Assembly (NCBI GenBank): GCA_002269645.1 | Contig: NIVC01003676.1 | Span: forward strand, 19,410-83,409 | Length of the DNA: 64,000 nucleotides | Source: Macrostomum lignano | Taxonomy: Eukaryota | Reading direction: 5' to 3' | Shown: in pieces, positions 54,693 through 64,000 of the stretch | How positions within the stretch are numbered: position 1 is the stretch's first letter | Layout of the letters: each line of letters starts with the position of its first letter | Program-made: the position numbers and the translations under genes | The notes under the pieces: generated by a model | The model's database searches: none | What the model was told of the DNA's origin: nothing | The model's input: only the letters and a program-made list of their open reading frames with translations

Positions 54693-55349
54693 AGGGGGCG
54701 CCAGCTACAGAGGGGGCGCCAGCTACAGAGGGGGCGCCAGCTACAGTGTGGGCGCCAGCTACAAAGTGGGCGCCAGCTACAGAGGGGGCGCCAGCTACAG
54801 AGTGGGCGCCAGCTACAAAGTGGGCGCCAGCTACAGAGGGGGCGCCAGCTACAGAGGGGGCGCCAGCTACAGTGTGGGCGCCAGCTACAAAGTGGGCGCC
54901 AGCTACAGAGGGGGCGCCAGCTACAGAGGGGGCGCCAGCTACAGTGTGGGCGCCAGCTACAAAGTGGGCGCCAGCTACAGAGGGGGCGCCAGCTACAGAG
55001 GGGTCGCCAGCTACAGGGAGGCGCCAGCTACAGAGGGGGCGCCAGCTACAGGGGGGCGCCAGCTACAGAGAGGGCGCCAGCTACAGAGGGGGCGCCAGCT
55101 ACAGGGGGGCGCCAGCTACAGAGAGGGCGCCAGCTACAGAGGGGGCGCCAGCTACAGAGTGGGCGCCAGCTACAGAGGGGGCGCCAGCTACAGGGGGGCG
55201 CCAGCTACAGAGGGGGCGCCAGCTACAAAGGGGCGCCAGCTACAGAGTGGGCGCCAGCTACAGAGGGGGCGCCAGCTACAGAGGGGGCGCCAGCTACAAA
55301 GGGGGCGCCAGCTACAAAGGGGGCGCCAGCTACAGAGGGTTCGCCAGCT
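54693..55349. repeat. 18-bp minisatellite (AGAGGGGGCGCCAGCTAC), about 36 copies
   Basis: Direct read. Confidence 0.95.
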
Positions 55350-55883
55350 AATTGCTGTTCTAAATAAGTTTTAAATGTATCACCTAGCTATTCGCTATTA
55401 CACTTACTGTCCCTCTAACTTAAGTTTCTGATAAATTATGAAAAGATACTGTAAATTACATATATGAATTGAAGATTACAAAAAATATAATGAAAACCAA
55501 ATGAAAGTCAGATTTGATAAAGTATAGAGATCCAGGCGATCTATGCAGTGAATATAAACATAGGGCTCGTATCTTAACATAGCAACTTGGGGGCACAATG
55601 AATTAAGCTTTTATCTTGGCTAGAAACTTCAGCGTGACAAAAAAGGTGAAGCTACACCTCTCTTCAATGCATCGCATGAGAGTGTTTAGATATAGAAGCA
55701 GCGAACTTCCGCTGATTTACATCTGACGCATAAATAAGCTTCGCGCACCTGGAACCTGCCAGGTGCCCCAAAGTTACAGTTAGCAAGATGCAAGCAGTTG
55801 TCTCTGTTTCTGCTTGGTAGAGCATTAGTTTGTAAAACTTACCGATTTTTTAAGCAACCCTGACTTAATAAGACAATCGGACA

Positions 55884-58780
55884 ATGCGGCAACTGATTGT
55901 GTTGCTTTCAGTTTGCTGCGCCGTTTCGAGCAGAACTTCGCCTGTGCAGTCTTGCCGCTTCCCATCAAAATGCGACTGCACAATCGAAAGGAAAGATCCC
56001 TATCTCATGTGCGTGAAGATGGAGAACTGTCTCAATCAGGCTGACATGAACGCCATCGCTGCTTCAATCAATCCGAACGTTTGTCCCGTAACCCATTTGA
56101 AAATTTCCTGCTCAAAAGAGTCCAAAGGCAAGGAAATTGAGATCCAATCGGATCTATTCAAGCACTCGAATTGGCAACACCTGAAAGAGCTCACTTTCGG
56201 ATCTCCAGTTGATTACGTCTTCAAAGAAACAAAGGTTTTAAAACACCTGAAGAAACTGCGGTACCTGGAGATGCAGTTTATGAACATCGTCACTGACCTC
56301 GGTACACTGTCGGAGACAATGTGCTGCTCCGTCAACTTATCGGAATTGCACTTTAGAGGTGTCACGATAAAATCACGGGCATCAACTCTTGGTCGGAATT
56401 CATTCATTGGCTTTCGGTCTCTTAAAAAGGTGACCATTAATAGCTCTCCGTCGATGCTGAAGACAATCAAATACCAGTTCAATACAACTGCTCCAAGCTT
56501 TCTGTTCGAAATTTACGGCAATCTTCCTCGTGGAAACTTCTCCAGCATCAGCTTGACAAACACTGCTAACCGATCTGGCCTTCATTTGGGCTTGCACGGT
56601 GATGATCGTTCATTCCAGCTAGATGCCCCAGCTCAAATCGAAGGGTTCACATTGTCCACATTTTCCATGACTAACTACCATCTGGTGTCTGTCGGTGAGT
56701 CACCGTTTGCCGACTTCCAGCTGCAGACGATCGAGATTTCTTCTTCGCGATTGAATGAGAAGCTGTTAAAGAGGCTGCTGCGAGCTGCAAGCCGAGTCAA
56801 GGACCCCGCGCTCTTCAATAAACTCTCCGTCCAGTTCTCCCTGAGCAAGCCGGGATTCCCGTATGACGACTTCAATCGTCTGTGCGAGTCCTTGCCTTGG
56901 ATAAGGGAAATATCCATCAGCCACTCACCGATTAGCTTGTCAGACCCAAACAAGCTGCTCAACTGCTCCCAGCTGAGAACACTGTCATTAACCAACACAA
57001 AGTTAAATCTGCTGCCACCAAATGTTTTCAGTGGTCTACCCAAACTGAAAACTTTAGTCCTTACGAACTGCCATCTGTACGAGTTTCCCAAAGAAGCTCT
57101 TCGACAAACGCCCAATCTAGAGACGCTCATCATGGAGAAGAACAACAACATGGACGTCAAGGCTACCTCACTTCGAGGCATTCTCCCCAACTTGCGCTCT
57201 CTGGATTTATCCTACGCAAGCATATCTGCTGCACTTGTTGATGCTTTCATGGATCAGAAGAATCTGACCTACTTAAAGCTAAGCAACCTGCATAACAACG
57301 CATGGTGCACTGTCGGCAAGACTTGGTTCCGTGGATGCGACAAGCTGACGAACCTGGACCTCTCGCAAAACGACATGCTGTCGAAGGCGCTGTGCCATGC
57401 AAACGGGTTCCTCGCACCGCTCAGACATCTTCAACACCTCAACTTGAGAAAGTGTTTAGTCGGCAGACAAACCGATGGAATCATAAAGTCAATGCTGACG
57501 AATCTCACCTCACTGAGAACTCTTGACTTGGAAGGAAACGACATCGATAAAGTGAAACACATTCTGAGTGTCCGGATGCCCAATCTAACCACCTTGAACC
57601 TCGCGAAGAACTCCTTCTCCGAATTTTCGTCAGACCTTTTCATTACGAGGACACCGAATCTCAAAGTGCTTAAACTTGCCGCCAACCCAATCGTGAGTCT
57701 GAGGCCTGCAGCTTTCAATCGAATGCCGGATCTCAGGGTGCTCTTCGGAGGTAACCAGTTCGTCTGCTCATGCGACTTGGTGAAGTTTACTGACTGGATG
57801 AGACAGCAGTACCCGATCTACCAGATTGAGAACAAAGGTTCGTGGCTATCCAATGCAATGTGCAACAAGATGCCTAACGGGTCCCATCCAATCAGCAATG
57901 TCATGCTGTTGGACTTCCGACTGTCCTGGTGGGACTGCTACAGCAGACGGCTGATTGCTGTGTTGTCCTCGGCGATCGGCGGACTGATGGTTGTGTTCGC
58001 GGTGAGCAGCGCGGTTTCGAGATACCGCTGGAAGCTCCGGTATGCGCTGCTAGCGTTCTGCATTCGGCACGGACTCGTGAGAGGGCGGAAGCTGCAGAGC
58101 GAATGGACCTACGAGTGAGTTTAAATATTGTGCTAATGTCGGATTTATTGGATTTAGGCTAATGTTGAGCTGGTAGATAGTCTGTTCCAAAAACTTTGGT
58201 ACGTTATGGAACGGTATGGAACCAATGCTTAATTGGCGAGTAATTTGATTGATACTTTGATGACCGCCGCAGCGCCTGCTTCATCTACGACGAGACGGAC
58301 AGCTCGGTGTCCGAGTGGGTCGGCGACCTCGTCCTCAAGCTTGAGACGGACCTGCGGCTCCGCCTGTACGAAGCCGAGAGAGACGCGCCCGTCGGGTCCA
58401 ACATGCTGGACGAGGCGGCCTCGGCCATCGACAAGAGCCGACACGCCGTGCTGGTGCTGAGCCGGGGCTTCCTGGAGAACAGGCTCAACTTGTACAGCGC
58501 ACAGTGGAGCAGCGAATCGCTGTTTATGCGCCGCCGCTCTCTGGCCGTTCTCGTCATGAGGGAGAAGCTGAGCGAGTCCGAGCTGCGATTTCCGGAATGC
58601 AAGGTGCTGCATCGGCTGTACCGGATGTGCAAGCGGGACCGGATTGTAGACTGCAGCGGCTGTGGAGTCGGGAGCAACTCCGCGAACCGGCTGGGACTGC
58701 TGCTGTACGACGGCGCGGCCGTGTCGGGGCGGGCGCAGGAGCGTCGGGCTCAGGAGTCCGAGACCGAGTGGCTTCTCTAG
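55884..58780 (+). CDS. TLR: Toll-like receptor, single-cysteine-cluster type, about 912 aa; exons 55884-58114 and 58273-58780
   Basis: Signal peptide, LRRNT (CRFPSKCDC), LRRs, LRRCT (GNQFVCSCDL), TM (LIAVLSSAIGGLMVVFAV), RWKLRY; a phase-2 intron joins to the TIR start YD|ACFIYD. Confidence 0.9.
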
Positions 58781-60139
58781 CTCGGGTGATTGAAATCGGT
58801 TTTGCGTCAGGATGGTTGAGATAGACGTCCTGCAAGGTCTTACGGCTCAATTCTTCGACGGAAGTCGCATGACTATATGGCTACTACTCATGAGAATCTT
58901 GTTTTAAGGGCAAAACGCGTTGTCTTCTTTTTTCCTCGGACGAATTCTTTTCTAGTAATAACTTTGAATCTAAACTGAGTCTAAACTAATTCTAAAATTG
59001 GTTTTGACCCATTCGAAAATTGCAAAACTGGTGGCAGAAATATTTTTTACGAAAAATCGGCTAAGTACCTAACATTGTTCTGGGAAATTAAAAATTTTTC
59101 AAATATATATTGTTTCAATTTTTGCATTCAGGTGCTGATTAAATTTGATTTAATAGTTTTTTTTTTAGTTTCGTTAACTAATTAGACAATCCTATCAATA
59201 CGTTTTTTAATTTCATAACCTTTTTTCTACGAGATATTTTTTTAAAATCAATAAATAATTATCTGCTTTAATTTTTACTCATGCATGTAATTGGAATGTG
59301 TGTGGATATATATCCTACCATTTTAACTGGCCAAATTTTTGTAACAGCTTTAGTTATAAACCTGTGCAAAGAAGCTAATTACAAAAATAGATAAAATTAA
59401 ATTTTACATTAGATAGCTACTGAAATGATTTGACCTAAAGATAAATTTCTTTTAAGAGACAACTTTTTATAATTATTAAAATGTACATACGAGTCAAAGC
59501 ATTCAAAAACGATGTCAGCAGTAAAAAACTTTGAAATTTCAGCGATAATAGATGAAATACGCTTGTAGTGTAACGCAAAATAGCTAGTTTTAAAAAAATT
59601 GTACAATTTTCGGTATTTGTACAATTTACTTTACTCGTAGCAAAGTAATAGCCATTTTTTATTAGTTTAATAACCAAATGAAGTACGTACGAGCGTATTA
59701 GCTAGCTACAAAGTCGCAACAATTTAAAGTAGTCAGTTTAAAAATTAAACCTTTTTGTACTACTGTAATGACATTGTACTAGCTCGTAACAATTGGTTCA
59801 ATTGCTGAGATGTCAACTTTTACGGGGGAATAGACTGGGGGCAGCAATTGTCTTGAGCTCTGCCATTCTGGATTAAGTCAAGTGCTCCTAAGCTCAAACT
59901 GGCTGCAATAGCTATATTAAATTGTCACAGTGTACGACTCTGTGCATTGGGTGTAGGCTAACGTGTTGCCGCAGTCGGACTCCCAAACACTACGCAGTTG
60001 CTCGTCCAGCCACTGAGGCTTATGTCAAAAGTGATAGACCCATTGGGCAGATGTGCAGCCGACAGCTCAGCCGCAGCTATTTGCGCGGCGCATCTGAAAG
60101 CTGCTGCGTACGGCTGTTCAGTCCAAAGACTGGGGGGTC

Positions 60140-60300
60140 GCCACACACCCTCAATTACCCCAGCTAATGCTGGCACCAAATTTACAGCTGGGTGAACTGA
60201 AGCAATGCAGAGTTAAGTGCCGTGCTCAAGGACACAAATTGTTCCGAGTCTGACCTTATTCAGTATTGAGTCTGACGCTCTAACCATTAGGCTATAACCT
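60140..60300 (-). mobile_element. tRNA-derived CORE-SINE (may extend to about 59930)
   Basis: Minus strand: TAGCCTAATGGTTAGAGCGTC head, then GTGTCCTTGAGCACGGCACTTAACTCTGCATTGCTTCAGTTCACCCAGCTGTAAAT, resembling the MIR/CORE domain. Confidence 0.68.
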
Positions 60301-60390
60301 TTAGTAGAGATGGTTTGGGATCTTCCAGAAAGTAAAGGTTAGCTCGCAATTAATTCAAAATTTTTTTTTTCAAAACGATCCCATCCAGCT

Positions 60391-63390
60391 CTAGTCGTCA
60401 GACAGAAGCGACTTCGTCCCTGCGGCCTCGGCACCACGCTCCTGCGACCGTCCCGACACGTCCGCGCCGTCGTACAGCAGCAGTCCCAGCCGGTTCGCGG
60501 AGTTGCTGCCGACTCCGCAGCCGCTGCAGTCTACAATCCGGTCCCGCTTGCACATCCGGTACAGCCGATGCAGCACCTTGCATTCCGGAAATCGCAGCTC
60601 GGACTCGCTCAGCTTCTCCCTCATGACGAGAACGGCCAGAGAGCGGCGGCGCATGAACAGCGACTCGCTGCTCCACTGTGCGCTGTACAAGTTGAGCCTG
60701 TTCTCCAGGAAGCCCCGGCTCAGCACCAGCACGGCTTGTCGGCTCTTGTCGATGGCCGAGGCCGCCTCGTCCAGCATGTTGGACCCGACGGGCGCGTCTC
60801 TCTCGGCTTCGTACAGGCGGAGCCGCAGGTCCGTCTCGAGCTTGAGGACAAGGTCGCCGACCCATTCGGACACCGAGCTGTCCGTCTCGTCGTAGATGAA
60901 GCAGGCGCTGCGGCGGTCATCAAAGTATCAATCAAATTACTGGCCAATTAAGCATTGGTTCCATACCGTCCAGGAGCCTAAAAGCTTTACTTCGCACCTA
61001 CCATGTTTTATCATCCAAGTTCGTAGAGCTTACCAATTCAGTTGTACCAAAGTTTTTGGAACAGACCATCTACCAGCTCAACATTAGCCTAAATCCAATA
61101 AAGTCCATTCTAAAGGGGAATGTTTTTCCATTGAAAGCTACTTGCACAATATCGAAACTCACTCGTAGGTCCATTCGCTCTGCAGCTTCCGCCCTCTCAC
61201 GAGTCCGTGCCGAATGCAGAACGCTAGCAGCGCATACCGGAGCTTCCAGCGGTATCTCGAAACCGCGCTGCTCACCGCGAACACAACCATCAGTCCGCCG
61301 ATCGCCGAGGACAACACAGCAATCAGCCGTCTGCTGTAGCAGTCCCACCAGGACAGTCGGAAGTCCAACAGCATGACATTGCTGATTGGATGGGACCCGT
61401 TAGGCATCTTGTTGCACATTGCATTGGATAGCCACGAACCTTTGTTCTCAATCTGGTAGATCGGGTACTGCTGTCTCATCCAGTCAGTAAACTTCACCAA
61501 GTCGCATGAGCAGACGAACTGGTTACCTCCGAAGAGCACCCTGAGATCCGGCATTCGATTGAAAGCTGCAGGCCTCAGACTCACGATTGGGTTGGCGGCA
61601 AGTTTAAGCACTTTGAGATTCGGTGTCCTCGTAATGAAAAGGTCTGACGAAAATTCGGAGAAGGAGTTCTTCGCGAGGTTCAAGGTGGTTAGATTGGGCA
61701 TCCGGACACTCAGAATGTGTTTCACTTTATCGATGTCGTTTCCTTCCAAGTCAAGAGTTCTCAGTGAGGTGAGATTCGTCAGCATTGACTTTATGATTCC
61801 ATCGGTTTGTCTGCCGACTAAACACTTTCTCAAGTTGAGGTGTTGAAGATGTCTGAGCGGTGCGAGGAACCCGTTTGCATGGCACAGCGCCTTCGACAGC
61901 ATGTCGTTTTGCGAGAGGTCCAGGTTCGTCAGCTTGTCGCATCCACGGAACCAAGTCTTGCGACAGTGCACCATGCGTTGTTATGCAGGTTGCTTAGCTT
62001 TAAGTAGGTCAGATTCTTCTGATCCATGAAAGCATCAACAAGTGCAGCAGATATGCTTGCGTAGGATAAATCCAGAGAGCGCAAGTTGGGGAGAATGCCT
62101 CGAAGTGAGGTAGCCTTGACGTCCATGTTGTTGTTCTTCTCCATGATGAGCGTCTCTAGATTGGGCGTTTGTCGAAGAGCTTCTTTGGGAAACTCGTACA
62201 GATGGCAGTTGTAAGGACTAAAGTTTTCAGTTTGGGTAGACCACTGAAAACATTTGGTGGCAGCAGATTTAACTTTGTGTTGGTTAATGACAGTGTTCTC
62301 AGCTGGGAGCAGTTGAGCAGCTTGTTTGGGTCTGACAAGCTAATTGGTGAGTGGCTGATGGATATTTCCCTTATCCAAGGCAAGGACTCGCACAGACGAT
62401 TGAAGTCGTCATACGGGAATCCCGGCTTGCTCAGGGAGAACTGGACGGAGAGTTTATTGAAGAGCGCGGGGTCCTTGACTCGGCTTGCAGCTCGCAGCAG
62501 CCTCTTCAACAGCTTCTCATTCAATCGCGAAGAAGAAATCTCGATCGTCTGCAGCTGGAAGTCGGCAAACGGTGACTCACCGACAGACACCAGATGGTAG
62601 TTAGTCATGGAAAATGAGGACAATGTGAACCCTTCGATTTGAGCTGGGGCATCTAGCTGGAATGAACGATCATCACCGTGCAAGCCCAAATGAAGGCCAG
62701 ATCGGTTAGCAGTGTTTGTCAAGCTGATGCTGGAGAAGTTTCCATGAGGGAGATTGCCGTAAATTTCGAACTGAAAGCTTGGAGCAGTTGTATTAAATTG
62801 GTATTTGATTGTCTTCAGCATCGACGGAGAGCTATTAATGGTCACCTTTTAAGAGACCGAAAGCCAATGAATGAATTCCGACCAAGAGTTGATGCCCGTG
62901 ATTTTATCGTGACACCTCTAAAGTACAATTCGGATAAGTTGACGGAGCAGCACATTGTCTCCGACAGTCTACCAAGGTCAGTGACGATGTTCATAAACTG
63001 CATCTCCAGGTACCGCAGTTTCTTCAGGTGTTTTAAAACCTTTGTTTCTTTGAAGACGTAATTAACCGGAGATCCGAAAGTGAGCTCTTTCAGGTGTTGC
63101 CAATTCGAGTGCTTGAATAGATCCGCTTGGATTTCAATTTCCCTGCCTTTGGATTCTTTTGAGCAGGAAATTTTCAAATGGGTTACGGGACAAACGTTCG
63201 GATTGATTGAAGCAGCGATGGCGTTCATGTCAGCCTGATTGAGACAGTTCTCCATCTTCACGCACATGAGATAGGGATCTTTCCTTTCGATTGTGCAGTC
63301 GCATTTTGTTGGGAAGCGGCAAGACTGCACAGGCGAAGTTCTGCTCGAAGCGGCGCAGCAAACTGAAAGCAACACAATCAGTTGCCACAT
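60391..63390 (-). pseudogene. TLR: Inverted paralogue of the TLR with three 1-bp deletions (about 62848, 62210, 61961); exons 61163-63390 and 60391-60907. May be intact if the indels are sequencing errors
   Basis: Nearly identical to 55884-58780 with the same intron position; two of the three deletions shorten homopolymers (A5 to A4, GG to G). Confidence 0.85.
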
Positions 63391-64000
63391 TGTCCGATTG
63401 GCCTAGTAAAATTAGTGGCTTTTTAATTCACGCTTATTTCAAGGCTGTCGGAATAGAAAGTTGGCTTTTTTATAGCCATTACTTTCGCGTTATTAGCAGA
63501 CACACGGTGGTGCTGTGCAGACATGTATATGCATACATTTACGTCTAGTTCAAGGTTAATCGAGGGAGAATGTGTATTTGCGTCTAATTTCTAGCATAAT
63601 TTTAGGCCCACAGTAGCAGAATAAATTGCGCACTTCGCTACTTAACAAGCTATACGCAGCTACCTTTGCATATGGCTGGCACAGATGACTAAAAATAAGC
63701 CTTCTAGGCCAATTTAAAAGTCAGGTTTCAGCTAAGTTGACGATTTTTTATAAATCGTTTCGATTGTTTAATGATTTTCTACAAACTTCTTGCAGCACTT
63801 CCTGCCTTATTCGAAATTGGCATACGCGGTCACGTGCTGTACCAAATTGCCACAACAACATGGCAACTTTGATAGAAATCGATATGAAACTTTAAAATGG
63901 TAGAAAACATGAACGCTTAGTTATAAACAATAATCGGTTGCATTTGAACAGTATAGTAGTTGCGCTGCCTACGCATATGTTTAGGTGAAATTAACGCGAA

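Noticed and set aside
54746-55374. WAPATE/GASYR repeat ORFs
   Set aside because: Translation of an 18-bp minisatellite between MYCBPAP and the TLR.
56213-63061. Antisense and alternate-frame ORFs overlapping both TLR copies
   Set aside because: Shadow ORFs of GC-rich coding sequence, repeated only because the gene is duplicated.

Overview
Eukaryotic (invertebrate animal) genomic DNA with GT-AG introns and very dense tandem repeats. The organism cannot be fixed from sequence alone; the repeat-stuffed introns and GC-rich exons are compatible with a free-living flatworm such as Macrostomum, which is inference only. In order, the window holds: (1) a truncated Polinton/adintovirus-like endogenous virus (major capsid, adenain-like protease, A32 packaging ATPase, C-terminal pPolB fragment; 2.4-5.3 kb); (2) an intronless otopetrin; (3) TE debris, including a 1.9-kb foldback with near-perfect 545-bp arms; (4) a four-exon secreted F-type lectin + PAN/apple gene, missed by the ORF track, whose last intron holds a P-type transposon (7-bp TSD) carrying both THAP-transposase and Crypton tyrosine-recombinase remnants; (5) a CpG-depleted TE graveyard (21.2-26.8 kb); (6) a run of plus-strand genes: WDR92/DNAAF10, an orphan exon, p23/PTGES3, POLR1D, an unknown gene, MYCBPAP (with RFX X-boxes and a missing internal segment) and a TLR; (7) a convergent inverted TLR copy with three 1-bp deletions. 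Most long ORFs in the track are minisatellite artefacts. Exon and repeat coordinates were derived by hand and may be off by a few bases.
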